A DNA stretch of 64,000 nt from Proteiniphilum sp. (GCA_015478855.1 JADMKJ010000134.1:11729-75728); one strand, 5' to 3'. Counted from the first letter of the stretch, positions 45,393 to 59,985 are shown. Notes: a model not told the origin generated them from the letters alone. Numbers and translations are program-made.

Positions 45393-45547
45393 ATAAATTG
45401 AGAGATAAGAGCTTAAAACTGGCAACCGACAGCTGACCACTGATCACTGATCCCTAAGACCTTATCGCTGCACTTACAAAGCTTGCTAAAAAAATGATAG
45501 CTGATAACAGAAAGCTTACCCTTAAGAACTGACCACTGACAACTGTA

Positions 45548-46009
45548 TCATAACCACGACATGATCTGACCTGTGCCAAAGCCAATCAGCAAGTATCGCA
45601 AAAATTTACCTAAAGTCATGGTGATCATCACCACGGGAACATTGGCCCGCATGAAGCCCAGTGCAACCAACATCGCATCACCTACCACAGGAAGAAAACC
45701 AAAGAACCCCATCACGGCACCCTTGCCATGAAGCCATCGCATTGTCTTCTCCAGCTTCTCCGGTTTAATCTTAAGCCATTTCTCCAGCCATTCCACATTG
45801 CCCAGGCGTCCCAGATAATAGCAGGTGGCCCCTCCGGCGGCATTGCCGATGGTAGCGTAAAAGATACATTGCCAGATATCCAGTCCGGATGCCACCAACG
45901 CCGCAAATACCACCTCTGAGCTGAACGGCAGCACTGTCGCCGCCAGAAAGGAAGCAATCAGCAAACCCCAGTAACCATATTCCGCAAATCCGTCAAGCAT
46001 GGCGATCAA
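45548..46009 (-). CDS. DedA/YqaA-family small membrane protein
   Basis: 153 aa, 4 TM segments. FLAATVLPFSSEVVFAAL and GNAAGGATCYYLGR motifs are typical of YqaA/DedA. It overlaps the polA stop by 4 nt. Confidence 0.8.
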   Translation of the reverse strand: MIAMLDGFAEYGYWGLLIASFLAATVLPFSSEVVFAALVASGLDIWQCIFYATIGNAAGGATCYYLGRLGNVEWLEKWLKIKPEKLEKTMRWLHGKGAVMGFFGFLPVVGDAMLVALGFMRANVPVVMITMTLGKFLRYLLIGFGTGQIMSWL

Positions 46010-48789
46010 TGGGCTACAAGCCAGTTCTCCCCAGCCCCCAGGTCGGTTTTCAGTGGGACACTCAGCGTACAGACATTTTCCATCTCCTCTGTCACAATTT
46101 CCCGGACAGCCTCCAACTCCCCGGGCACCACATTGAAATTTAACTCATCATGCACCTGAAGGATCATTTTCGATCTCATCCCTTTTTGTTGGAGCCTTTC
46201 GAAAATGCGTATCATCGCTGCCTTGATGATGTCAGCCGCACTACCCTGGATGGGTGCATTGATAGCATTGCGCTCAGCATACCCCCGAACGGTGGCATTG
46301 CGGGAGTTGATATCTGCCAGAAATCGCTTGCGGCCAAAGATCGTCTCCACATAACCCTTTACTTTTGCGTTGGTGATACATTCGTCCATATAACGCTTTA
46401 CACCGGGGAAGGTGACGAAATACTCATCAATCAGCTCTTTTGCCTCGCTACGCGGGATGTTGAGGCGTTCCGACAATCCAAAGGGGGTAATGCCGTAGAT
46501 AATACCGAAATTGGCAGTCTTCGCCTTTCTGCGCATATCTCCTGTCACCTCATCGATAGGTATTTTAAATATCTTGGCGGCTGTGGCAGCATGGATATCC
46601 TGCCCTTTGTTGAAAGCCTCCACCATGTTGCTGTCACCGCTGAGGTGGGCCATGATACGCAGTTCGATCTGTGAGTAGTCCGACGAGACAAAGATGCACC
46701 CCTCATCGGGGATAAATACTTTGCGCATCTCCCTGCCACGTTCATCCCTGATAGGGATGTTCTGAAGGTTGGGGTTTGTGCTGCTCAGGCGGCCGGTGGA
46801 AGCTACCGTCTGATTAAATGATGTATGTATCTTTCCTGTACGTGCATGGATAAGCAGAGGAAAAGCATCCACATAGGTGCTGAGCAGTTTTTTCAGCCCT
46901 CTCTGTTCCAGTATCTTGCCGATAATGGGATGTTTGAATCGCATTTTCTCCAGCTCCTCTTCACCGGTTTTGTACTGTCCTGTTTTGGTTTTTTTCGGTT
47001 TATCAATGATTTTCAACCGATCGAACAGCACCTCTCCAATCTGCTTGGGTGAATTGACATTGAAATCGATGCCTGCCATTCCGGTGATCTCCTTTTCAAT
47101 CTTCATCAGCTCCCTGCTGTACAGCGTGGAGAGATCGTTCAGCGCCTCCAGATCGAGACGTACCCCTGTCCACTCCATATCAGCAAGTACATTGATAAGC
47201 GGTGCTTCAATTTGGTAGAACAGGTTTTCAAGCTTGCTTGTGTGGATCTCCTTTTCCAGTATATTTTTCAGTTTCAGCGTGATATCTGCATCCTCAGCCG
47301 CATAGTCAGTCACAATTGCCGGATCTATATCACGCATATTTTTCTGGTTTTTTCCCTTCACTCCGATCAATTCATCGATATGAATGGTGCGGTAACGGAG
47401 ATAGGTCTCCGCCATGTAATCCATCCCGTGACGAATTTCGGGATTGAGCAGGTAGTGCGCAATCATCGTGTCGAAAAGCTTTCCTTTCACCTGTATGTCG
47501 TAATTCCGCAGCTCCAGGATATCATATTTGATGTTCTGCCCTATTTTCTCTATCTTTTCATTCTCGAAGAAGGGCCTGAAGATCTCCACCTGTTTTTGCG
47601 CTTCATCCCTGTCGGTAGAGACTGGCACATAGTATGCCTCCCCTTCTTGGTATGCGAATGAAAATCCTACCAACTCACTCAACAGCGGATCAATCCCAGT
47701 GGTTTCGGTATCGAAGCAGACCGATGTCTGCGCACAGAGTGTGGCAGAGAGATCAGTCATCTCCTTTTCTGTCAGCACCATCCTGTACCGATGCGCTGTA
47801 GTGTGTATATCGGTGAAGTTGGCCGGCAACACCTCCGGTTCCGCTGTCTCTCCATTGTCGTATGTGGGAAACAGTTCGCCTTGTGCCGGTTCTTTTGAAA
47901 TATTTTTCTGAGGCTCTTGTTTCAGTACGCGCGTTAGCATGGTGCGGAACTCAAGCTCTTCGAAAATCACTTTGATGGCTTCCTCATTGATCTCTTTACG
48001 CACAAATTCATCCTCTTTCACCTCAATGGGTACATCTGTTTTGATGGTGGCGAGAAATTTTGAAAATCGTATCTGATCACTGTGCTCTTCTACCTTTATT
48101 TTCAGCGCTCCTTTCAGCTGGTCACTTTTCTCCAGCAGGTTCTCCACAGAACCGAATTGCAGAAGAAGCTTGACCGCTGTTTTCTCCCCTACACCGGGAC
48201 ATCCCGGAATGTTGTCCGAAGCATCTCCCATTAATCCCAGCAGGTCAATCATCTGGGAAGGGTGGGAGAGGTTGTATTTTTCCATCACCCTCCTGTCATC
48301 CATCAGGTCAAAATCGTTACTGCCATACCTGGGTTTATACATGAAGATATGAGGTTCCGTCAGTTGTCCGTAATCCTTGTCCGGCGTCATCATGTAGACA
48401 TCAAAACGCTCTTTGTCTGCCCTTTTGGCGATGGTGCCGATCACATCATCGGCTTCAAAACCGGCCACTTCCAGCACCGGGATATTGTAAGCCCTGATAA
48501 TCGCTTTGATGATCGGCACAGAGAGTTTGATATCCTCGGGCGTTGCTTCACGCTGTGCTTTATATGACTCATACTCTACATGACGAAAAGTGGGTCCGGG
48601 AGGATCGAAAGCAACAGCAATATGGGATGGATTTTCCTTGCGCAGTACCTCTTCCAGCGTGTTCACAAAACCGAAGATAGCAGATGTGTTCAACCCTTTG
48701 GAATTTACCCTCGGGTTTCGTATAAATGCGTAGTAGGAGCGATAAATGAGCGCGTAGGCGTCGAGAAGGAAAAGCTTGTTTTTATTCAT
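46006..48789 (-). CDS. polA: DNA polymerase I
   Basis: 5'-3' exonuclease N-domain (LFLLDAYALIYRSYYA), a 3'-5' exonuclease region, and polymerase motifs A DYSQIELRIMAH, B RRKAKTANFGIIYG and C QVHDEL. Likely start MNKNKLFLLD. Confidence 0.97.
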   Translation of the reverse strand: MNKNKLFLLDAYALIYRSYYAFIRNPRVNSKGLNTSAIFGFVNTLEEVLRKENPSHIAVAFDPPGPTFRHVEYESYKAQREATPEDIKLSVPIIKAIIRAYNIPVLEVAGFEADDVIGTIAKRADKERFDVYMMTPDKDYGQLTEPHIFMYKPRYGSNDFDLMDDRRVMEKYNLSHPSQMIDLLGLMGDASDNIPGCPGVGEKTAVKLLLQFGSVENLLEKSDQLKGALKIKVEEHSDQIRFSKFLATIKTDVPIEVKEDEFVRKEINEEAIKVIFEELEFRTMLTRVLKQEPQKNISKEPAQGELFPTYDNGETAEPEVLPANFTDIHTTAHRYRMVLTEKEMTDLSATLCAQTSVCFDTETTGIDPLLSELVGFSFAYQEGEAYYVPVSTDRDEAQKQVEIFRPFFENEKIEKIGQNIKYDILELRNYDIQVKGKLFDTMIAHYLLNPEIRHGMDYMAETYLRYRTIHIDELIGVKGKNQKNMRDIDPAIVTDYAAEDADITLKLKNILEKEIHTSKLENLFYQIEAPLINVLADMEWTGVRLDLEALNDLSTLYSRELMKIEKEITGMAGIDFNVNSPKQIGEVLFDRLKIIDKPKKTKTGQYKTGEEELEKMRFKHPIIGKILEQRGLKKLLSTYVDAFPLLIHARTGKIHTSFNQTVASTGRLSSTNPNLQNIPIRDERGREMRKVFIPDEGCIFVSSDYSQIELRIMAHLSGDSNMVEAFNKGQDIHAATAAKIFKIPIDEVTGDMRRKAKTANFGIIYGITPFGLSERLNIPRSEAKELIDEYFVTFPGVKRYMDECITNAKVKGYVETIFGRKRFLADINSRNATVRGYAERNAINAPIQGSAADIIKAAMIRIFERLQQKGMRSKMILQVHDELNFNVVPGELEAVREIVTEEMENVCTLSVPLKTDLGAGENWLVAH

Positions 48790-48858
48790 AATCACCTGAA
48801 ATAACATGTAAGTAAATGTAAAGTTACGAATATTTGTTGCTTAGAGGAGAATTATTTT

Positions 48859-48866
48859 TACTTTTG
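48859..48866 (+). promoter_or_regulatory. Bacteroidota -7 promoter element (TACTTTTG) for the polyprenyl synthase gene
   Basis: Exact TAnnTTTG match 22 bp upstream of the ATG at 48888, in a divergent spacer shared with polA. Confidence 0.4.
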
Positions 48867-48887
48867 TAGGTTATAATTAAGGAGGGG

Positions 48888-49862
48888 ATGGATCAAAGTC
48901 AGCTTATAAAAGATTTTTTGCGCGAGGAGTTACTTCTTTTTGATGAATATCTGCTTGATTCAGTAAAAAGTGATAATCCGCACATAACTGAAATGGTCAA
49001 TTATCTTTTCAGATCAAAAGGTAAACGATTAAGACCAATATTGGTATTGCTTACTGCAAAGGCATGCGGAGGCATCATCCCTGAAACCTATCACGGTGCC
49101 GTAACCGTTGAGCTGTTGCACAGTGCCACGCTTATTCACGATGATGTGATTGACAAGTCGGAATTACGCAGAGGCAGACGTTCTGTAAATGCTGTTTACG
49201 ATAATACACAGGCTGTGCTCATCGGTGATTATCTGCTCTCTACTGCCCTGATGGAGAGTGTGAAAACAAGTGATCTTAACATCGTCAGGATCATCTCTGA
49301 GTTAGGCCAGAATCTTTCTGAAGGGGAACTGAACCAGTTCTCACTCGCCAGTGATATTATCATAGATGAGAAGGCATACTTTGATGTGATCGATAAGAAA
49401 ACTGCCTCTTTAATGCGGGCCAGCATCGTGATAGGGGCAATTACTGGAGGTGCAGACAGTAAGATGATTTCAAAATTCATGAGACTGGGTAGCATCCTGG
49501 GTATCTGTTTTCAGATCAGGGATGATATTTTTGATTACTTCAGCAACAACGTGGGCAAGCCTACCGGAAATGATATTAGGGAAGGTAAGATCACGCTGCC
49601 GCTGATTTATGCATTGAGAAATGCTCCTCACGAGCTGTCTCAAGTGATGATGCAAATTATCGAAGCACGCGATTATTCGGAAGAGAATATCGCTATCCTG
49701 CTGGATTTTGCCAAAGAGTATCATGGGGTGAAGTATGCCTATAGCAAGATGAATGAGTATCTTGCGGAAGCGGAAACAATCATTTCCGATTTCAGGTTTA
49801 ACGATGAGATAAAAACGCTGATGAACCTTTTTCTCTCCTATTTGAAAGAACGAAAATACTAA
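48888..49862 (+). CDS. Polyprenyl diphosphate synthase (trans-IPPS, octaprenyl-type)
   Basis: First DDxxD-type motif LIHDDVIDKSELRRG and second motif FQIRDDIFD. 324 aa. Confidence 0.9.
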   Translation: MDQSQLIKDFLREELLLFDEYLLDSVKSDNPHITEMVNYLFRSKGKRLRPILVLLTAKACGGIIPETYHGAVTVELLHSATLIHDDVIDKSELRRGRRSVNAVYDNTQAVLIGDYLLSTALMESVKTSDLNIVRIISELGQNLSEGELNQFSLASDIIIDEKAYFDVIDKKTASLMRASIVIGAITGGADSKMISKFMRLGSILGICFQIRDDIFDYFSNNVGKPTGNDIREGKITLPLIYALRNAPHELSQVMMQIIEARDYSEENIAILLDFAKEYHGVKYAYSKMNEYLAEAETIISDFRFNDEIKTLMNLFLSYLKERKY

Positions 49863-49939
49863 TGTGGAATGTGAACATACAGAGATTGCATTTGTTGAAT
49901 TTTCACACTGCCGTATCTCAGGCCTCCGCGTTGAAATAA

Positions 49940-49974
49940 AAAGAGGGTGGATCACTTAATGAAACACCCTCTTT
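49940..49974. terminator. Hairpin between convergent polyprenyl synthase and hsp20 genes
   Basis: AAAGAGGGTG-15 nt loop-CACCCTCTTT, a perfect 10-bp stem flanked by A/T runs. Confidence 0.6.
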
Positions 49975-49994
49975 CCTGTTATACAATGGTCATC

Positions 49995-50420
49995 TTATTG
50001 AATTTCAATCATTTTTGATGCCTTAACTTTCTCCTCATTTAAAGTGGGTATCTCAACTGTCAATACACCATTTTCCACTTTCGCTGAGATGTTCTCTTTC
50101 TCGATATTGTCGGGAAGGAGCATCGTTCTCTTGAACTGCGTGTAGGAGAACTCGCGTCTCAGATAGGTTCCTTTCTTGTCCTTGTCTTCTGTTTCGCTCT
50201 TCTTCTCGAATGAGATGACCAGGTTGTTGTCGTCATCAATACGCACATTGCAATCTTCCTTTGTCATTCCAGGTGCTGCAACCTCTACCGTGAAACCATT
50301 CTCATTTTGCTGAATATTGATGGCAGGCACAGATTTACTGTTGTTTTCCATCCACTCATTACCGAAAAAGTCATTGAAAACACTCGGTAACCAATTGTTT
50401 GTTCGTCTGATAATAGTCAT
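49995..50420 (-). CDS. Hsp20/alpha-crystallin family small heat-shock protein
   Basis: 141 aa. Alpha-crystallin domain (FTVEVAAPGMTKEDCNVRIDDDNNLVISFEKK...FKRTMLLPDNI...AKVENGVLTVEIP). Confidence 0.9.
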   Translation of the reverse strand: MTIIRRTNNWLPSVFNDFFGNEWMENNSKSVPAINIQQNENGFTVEVAAPGMTKEDCNVRIDDDNNLVISFEKKSETEDKDKKGTYLRREFSYTQFKRTMLLPDNIEKENISAKVENGVLTVEIPTLNEEKVKASKMIEIQ

Positions 50421-50713
50421 AATCTTACCCTTTCTTTTATTTGTTAATTTTTAAATTGAATCACTTATTCCATTACACAAAATGCAAAAGATATGCCGAT
50501 GCAGATTGAGACCTTTCTTTGCATAAAATAAGACATAATGGCGCAAAAAGAGTGATAAATACCGGAAAAAGGCACAAATAAAAGACTAAATGGCAGTTTT
50601 ACGGGGGTAGGGTTTAATAAAAAAGTCGCCTGCACTGATGTACTGACGACCCGTTTTACGGTTCCCGAACAGTTACGCTGTAATCATACAAGAGGGAAAA
50701 CCTGATTTATTAT

Positions 50714-52276
50714 TTATTCCAGTATACTGTATTTTCTCTTACCGAAATGTTGCTTGCCATACCGGTCGGTGGCCTTCACCTCAATGGTATGTTCTCCTGG
50801 AGGGAGGTCGAGCTTTAGCGACCCGCTCCAGAGGTGTGTACTGTTCACCGCGTTTGAGGGACGGCGTCCGGGAAGTAGTGTGTCGGTGTAATCCCACTCA
50901 TTCAGTTTTGTCAGGTAGGAGGGGTCGATGGCTTCAGTATAACGCATCTTCTGCCATGCACCGTTGTCAATACGGTATTCCACCAGATTATTTTTGCTGC
51001 CCATAAAGAAGTTCACCACAATCTGTGAGGTGGTTCTACCTTTGTATTGCACTACTTTCGGTGCGTAAATATTCATCTGATATGCAGCTTCTCTACCAGC
51101 AACTTTATAGTCCACATCATATTTGTTTCCGTTGATATTCAGGAAAACATAACCCTGTGGCGTGCCGTCGCGCATGGTGGCATCAGGCAATCCGCTGGCA
51201 TCTTTTTTTCCGGAATACCAGTCGCCCGAGGTGGTTCCCACGTTATACTCATGCAACGGTTTCTTTCCCTGCCATCCCTGTTCGATTGTGTACTCAATTT
51301 GATCCTGCAGGTGAGTGTGTGCCGACATGATCAGCACATTGTCAAACTCCTTCAGCAGATCGAATATCCGCTGTCTGTCACCTGTCCGGTATTCTGCTTC
51401 ATTCTTCATATGTATATGCTGCGACAAAACGATCAGTTTATTTTTGGGCACATGCTTCAGGTTATTTTCCAGAAAAAGAAGCTGATCCAGGCGATAACCA
51501 CCCCAGTATCCTTTTCCGTCACGTGGATCGGGATATAGGATATTGTCCAGAATGATGAAGTGTGCATTGCCGTAGTTGAACGCATAATTGGCAATACCGA
51601 AATTCTTCTCGAACGTCTCATCCGAGAGGTCATCAGAGGGCACATCGTAGTTCATGTCATGATTACCCATCACATTATACCACGGTAGCTGTAAACGGCG
51701 CATACGTTCCTTATAAACGGGTTGCAGGTCGAGGTTATCACCTACAATGTCGCCCAGGCTGATACCAAACAGTGTGCGCTCTGTTATCTCCACATCATCC
51801 ACAATCTTTTGAGTGAAATAATCCAGATCCTCCAGAGAGTAGGGTTGCGGGTCTCCAAACACGATCGCACTGAAATTATCCGGTTCGTTGTATTTATAGA
51901 GTGCAAAATCAATCGTCTCAGGGAGTTTACCGGTGGGAGAAACACCTTTATAAGTCAATGTTGCGGGTGATCCTTCCGGCTTGTAGTGGTAGTAGAACTG
52001 TGGAATAAAGTTTTCATCCACAGCTGTTTTATATCCACCTGGTTTGATCACGAAGAGTGTGTTTCCTGCGCTTAGTGGAACAGCATAGAACCCTTTCGCG
52101 TCGGTGAGTACCACATCAGTACCGTTTGATACGGCTACATTCGGAATGCCCGCTTCACGACGGTCTTTTTTGCCGTTGTTGTTTGCATCTTCATACACAT
52201 ATCCTTTGGCAATCTGTTGTGAATAGGCGATAATGGTGGCGAACAACAGCAAAAGAGTGAGAAAGTTTTTTTTCAT
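50714..52276 (-). CDS. Secreted calcineurin-like metallophosphoesterase with N- and C-terminal accessory beta-domains
   Basis: Signal peptide, N-terminal Ig/CarboxypepD-like domain. Motifs GDPQPY, LGDIVGDN, MGNHDMNY, SQHIHM and SAHTHL. Confidence 0.8.
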   Translation of the reverse strand: MKKNFLTLLLLFATIIAYSQQIAKGYVYEDANNNGKKDRREAGIPNVAVSNGTDVVLTDAKGFYAVPLSAGNTLFVIKPGGYKTAVDENFIPQFYYHYKPEGSPATLTYKGVSPTGKLPETIDFALYKYNEPDNFSAIVFGDPQPYSLEDLDYFTQKIVDDVEITERTLFGISLGDIVGDNLDLQPVYKERMRRLQLPWYNVMGNHDMNYDVPSDDLSDETFEKNFGIANYAFNYGNAHFIILDNILYPDPRDGKGYWGGYRLDQLLFLENNLKHVPKNKLIVLSQHIHMKNEAEYRTGDRQRIFDLLKEFDNVLIMSAHTHLQDQIEYTIEQGWQGKKPLHEYNVGTTSGDWYSGKKDASGLPDATMRDGTPQGYVFLNINGNKYDVDYKVAGREAAYQMNIYAPKVVQYKGRTTSQIVVNFFMGSKNNLVEYRIDNGAWQKMRYTEAIDPSYLTKLNEWDYTDTLLPGRRPSNAVNSTHLWSGSLKLDLPPGEHTIEVKATDRYGKQHFGKRKYSILE

Positions 52277-52462
52277 TATATTTTATTTAGTATTCTGTTC
52301 TTTGGAACAACATAGAGCTATTAATGTTCTCTGTTCTTTGTTACGATAATGTGAATTTTTAATCAGGTAAGAGGTGACCGGTCCTGGTGAAAGCATCCCC
52401 GGTGTATGATATGGAGATGCATCTTAGTGAGTAACCGCTTGAAGGGTATACCTTATGTTTGT

Positions 52463-56733
<4,271 letters not shown>

Positions 56734-56747
56734 GTTCTACTGCTATT

Positions 56748-57077
56748 TTATTTGTTTAATTTCTTGTTCTCCCTGTGCCTTGTGGCATCTCTCTCCGTTT
56801 TCTTTGCAATATTCTTCTGCAGGGCATCCTCCAGATCGACACCTGTTTGATTGGCCAGACAGATCAATACCCACAACACATCTGCCATCTCATCGGCAAG
56901 ATTTGTTGAAAGATCACTCTCTTTGAACGATTGGTCACCATAGGTGCGTGCCATGATACGTGCCAGTTCGCCCACCTCTTCGGTAAGGATAACCATATTG
57001 GTGAGCTCACTGAAGTAGCGTACACCATAGGTATGAATCCAGCTGTCTACTTGTTGTTGTGCTTCCTGTAATGTCAT
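56748..57077 (-). CDS. MazG-like nucleotide pyrophosphohydrolase
   Basis: 109 aa. EEVGELAR and ADEMADVLWVLICLAN metal-binding helices. The start codon directly abuts the dtd stop. Confidence 0.85.
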   Translation of the reverse strand: MTLQEAQQQVDSWIHTYGVRYFSELTNMVILTEEVGELARIMARTYGDQSFKESDLSTNLADEMADVLWVLICLANQTGVDLEDALQKNIAKKTERDATRHRENKKLNK

Positions 57078-57530
57078 TTATTCCCTGTTTTTAGAGTCTA
57101 TCCAGATAGTTACCGGACCGTCGTTCACCAGTTGAACTTTCATATCAGCACCAAATTTTCCCGTTTGTACCGGTCTCTGCAACCACTCAGTGAGCGTTAT
57201 GCAGAACTGTTCATATATGGGTATGGCAATTTCCGGTTTTGCGGCACGGATATAGGAGGGGCGGTTACCCTTTTTCGTGCTGGCATGAAGCGTGAATTGC
57301 GAAACAACCAGCATCTCACCCTCTGTTTCCAACACAGACCTGTTCATCACACCATTCTCATCATCAAAAATACGCAAATTAATACACTTTTTACAGAGAA
57401 ATGAGATATCTTCATTCTCATCGGCATCTTCAATACCTACGAAAAGCAACAACCCTTTGCCGATGCTGCTTGTTACCTCACCATCAATTGAGACTGCTGC
57501 CTCTGATACCCGCTGAATAAGTAATCGCAT
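57078..57530 (-). CDS. dtd: D-aminoacyl-tRNA deacylase
   Basis: MRLLIQRV..., SQFTL and NDGPVT motifs. 150 aa. Confidence 0.93.
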   Translation of the reverse strand: MRLLIQRVSEAAVSIDGEVTSSIGKGLLLFVGIEDADENEDISFLCKKCINLRIFDDENGVMNRSVLETEGEMLVVSQFTLHASTKKGNRPSYIRAAKPEIAIPIYEQFCITLTEWLQRPVQTGKFGADMKVQLVNDGPVTIWIDSKNRE

Positions 57531-57539
57531 AAACGCTCT

Positions 57540-59339
57540 TTATTTTTTTGTCTCGCTGATCCAGTTATAAATAATCTCACCCTTGCTGTTTCCGATGATC
57601 GAGATAATTTCATCTCTCCCTGCTTCTTTGATCCGCTTGATGCTTTTGAAGTGGGTGAGGAGTTTCTTTTTTGTCACTGAGCCGACACCTTTCACATTGT
57701 CCAGCTCAGATACAAGTTGTGATTTACTCCTTTTCTGCCGGTGAAAAGTGATCCCAAAGCGATGTGCCTCGTCACGCAGTTGCTGAATCAATTTTAACGT
57801 TTCAGAATTCTTGTCGATATAGAGCGGAACGGAATCGCCGGGGTAATATATCTCCTCCAGCCGCTTTGCAATGCCAATGATAGCGATCTTGCCATAGAGG
57901 TCGATTTTCCGGAGCGAATCTACGGCAGCGTTTAATTGGCCCTTACCGCCATCAATCACAATGAGTTGGGGTATGGGAGAGCCTTCGTTAAGCAGCCGAG
58001 AGTAGCGTCTTTCCACGATTTCCTGCATCGATGCGTAATCATCGGGTCCTGTAACGCTTTTCACGTTGTAATGACGGTACTCTTTCTTCGCCGGTTTTGC
58101 TTTCCTGAAGACAACACACGCCGCCACAGGATTTGTGCCCTGAATATTGGAGTTGTCAAAACACTCGATGTGCCAGGGGATCTCTTTCAGCTTAAGATCT
58201 TTCTGCATCGTCTTTAATATTCTCGTCGTTCGCTGCTCCGGATTGAGCATCTCTGCTTTCTTCATTTTGTCGAGCTTGTACTGCTTCACATTTTTCTCGG
58301 AGAGAGCGAGCAGCTTGCGTTTATCACCCCGCTGTGGTATCGTGAACTCCACATCCGCCAGCTTCAGGTCGGGAATAAAAGGTACGATGATCTCCTTCGA
58401 CTGACTTCCGTAGCGCTGTCTCATTTCCACGATACCCAGTCCGAGCAGCTCTTCGGCCGTCTCATCCAGTTTCTTTTTGTATTCAAAGGTGTATGCCTGG
58501 TTCACTGCTCCTTTCACTACATGCAGGTAATTGATGTATGCCGAATTCTCATCCTGCGCCAGGGAGAAGACATCAAGGTTATAGTCAAAACTGCTCACCA
58601 CCTGAGATTTTTCCCTGAAGTTTTGTATCAGTTGTAGCTTTTCTTTCAGCTCATGTGCTTCCTCAAAACGGAGTTCATCGGCAAGCGACTGCATCTTTTC
58701 CTCGATCTGTTTTTCGATGATGTTGACGTTTCCTTTCAGTATTTCCGTTATCTCACTGATGTTTTTGTTGTAATCCTCGAGCGATTGTAATGCTTCACAG
58801 GGACCCTTGCATTTCTTGATATGGTATTCGAGACAAACCCTGAACTTGCCGGCAGCAATATTCTCAGGGGTCAGATTCAGCCGGCAGGTTCGGATTTTAT
58901 AGACGTTTCTGAATATATCCAACAACGCATTCACCGATTGAACGGAGGTGTAGGGACCGAAATACCGGGACCCATCTTTCACAATATTCCTGGTCTTGTA
59001 AACACGTGGAAAAAATTCATTCCTGATCACGATGGAAGGATAGGTTTTGTCATCCTTCAGAAGTACATTGTAGCGTGGTCGTAATTGTTTGATCAGGTTA
59101 TTCTCCAGCAGGAAGGTATCCTCTTCCGTGTTGACAACAATATATTTTATCTTACGGATATTCCTTACAAGGATCCGTGTCTTGGGGTGCTCCTGGTATT
59201 TATTGAAGTAGGAAGATACGCGTTTCTTCAGATCTTTCGCCTTCCCGACATATATCACGCTCCCTTTCTCATCCAGAAACTGATAACAGCCCGGTTGATG
59301 AGGAATGACGGCAAGTGTATTTTTTATATCGTCGGTCAT
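57540..59339 (-). CDS. uvrC: Excinuclease ABC subunit C
   Basis: GIY-YIG domain (PGCYQFLDEKGSVIYVGKAKDLKKRVSSYF), UVR domain, endonuclease V-like domain and C-terminal HhH. The start MTDDIKNTLA is preferred over the track's upstream start. Confidence 0.95.
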   Translation of the reverse strand: MTDDIKNTLAVIPHQPGCYQFLDEKGSVIYVGKAKDLKKRVSSYFNKYQEHPKTRILVRNIRKIKYIVVNTEEDTFLLENNLIKQLRPRYNVLLKDDKTYPSIVIRNEFFPRVYKTRNIVKDGSRYFGPYTSVQSVNALLDIFRNVYKIRTCRLNLTPENIAAGKFRVCLEYHIKKCKGPCEALQSLEDYNKNISEITEILKGNVNIIEKQIEEKMQSLADELRFEEAHELKEKLQLIQNFREKSQVVSSFDYNLDVFSLAQDENSAYINYLHVVKGAVNQAYTFEYKKKLDETAEELLGLGIVEMRQRYGSQSKEIIVPFIPDLKLADVEFTIPQRGDKRKLLALSEKNVKQYKLDKMKKAEMLNPEQRTTRILKTMQKDLKLKEIPWHIECFDNSNIQGTNPVAACVVFRKAKPAKKEYRHYNVKSVTGPDDYASMQEIVERRYSRLLNEGSPIPQLIVIDGGKGQLNAAVDSLRKIDLYGKIAIIGIAKRLEEIYYPGDSVPLYIDKNSETLKLIQQLRDEAHRFGITFHRQKRSKSQLVSELDNVKGVGSVTKKKLLTHFKSIKRIKEAGRDEIISIIGNSKGEIIYNWISETKK

Positions 59340-59454
59340 AAGAGGATGGAAGTGTGATGTTCGTTGGCAAAAATACAAAATAAAGCTCATTTTTGTTCTC
59401 TTTCAAATCGAAACAAAACAAAAATGAGCAGATAACTCTTTTACCCGGGTGTGT

Positions 59455-59985
59455 TCAGACTTTGAACTTTAAAACAGAGCTAACCTCTACCTCATCAGGG
59501 AACAGGACATGTCCTTCGAGTTCCTCCAGTTCGATCAGGAAGTTGATATATATTTTTTTCACTCCCAGTTTTTTCACCAGGTTATAAGCGGCGACCATGG
59601 TGCCACCTGTTGCCAGCAGGTCGTCATGAATCAACACCACATCCTCTTTTGTCAAAGCATCCTCATGAATCTGGATGGCATCTTCGCCATATTCCTTGGT
59701 GTAGGTCTCCTCGATCACCTTGTAGGGAAGCTTCCCCGGTTTGCGGATCGGCACGAACCCCGCACCCAGTTTAATGGCTACTGCCGGTCCCATAAAGAAG
59801 CCTCTCGATTCAATCCCTACTACTTTTGTGATCCCCCTGTCCCTGTATTTTTCAAACAGGATATCCGATAGCTCTTTCAGGTGCTCCGGCGATTGAAAGA
59901 GGGTGGTGATGTCCTTAAACTGGATGCCGGGAATAGGGAAATCGGGGATGTTCCTCACTGCCGCTGTTAATGTCTCTATGCTCAT
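59455..59985 (-). CDS. apt: Adenine phosphoribosyltransferase
   Basis: 176 aa. PRPP-binding motif VVLIHDDLLATGGT and IPDFPIPGIQFKDIT. Confidence 0.93.
   Translation of the reverse strand: MSIETLTAAVRNIPDFPIPGIQFKDITTLFQSPEHLKELSDILFEKYRDRGITKVVGIESRGFFMGPAVAIKLGAGFVPIRKPGKLPYKVIEETYTKEYGEDAIQIHEDALTKEDVVLIHDDLLATGGTMVAAYNLVKKLGVKKIYINFLIELEELEGHVLFPDEVEVSSVLKFKV

Noticed and set aside
45365-45547. CRISPR-like array, because of the repeated short units
   Set aside because: The units are 7-11 bp rather than 28-37 bp, with no unique spacers and no cas genes. These are micro-repeats, not a CRISPR array.
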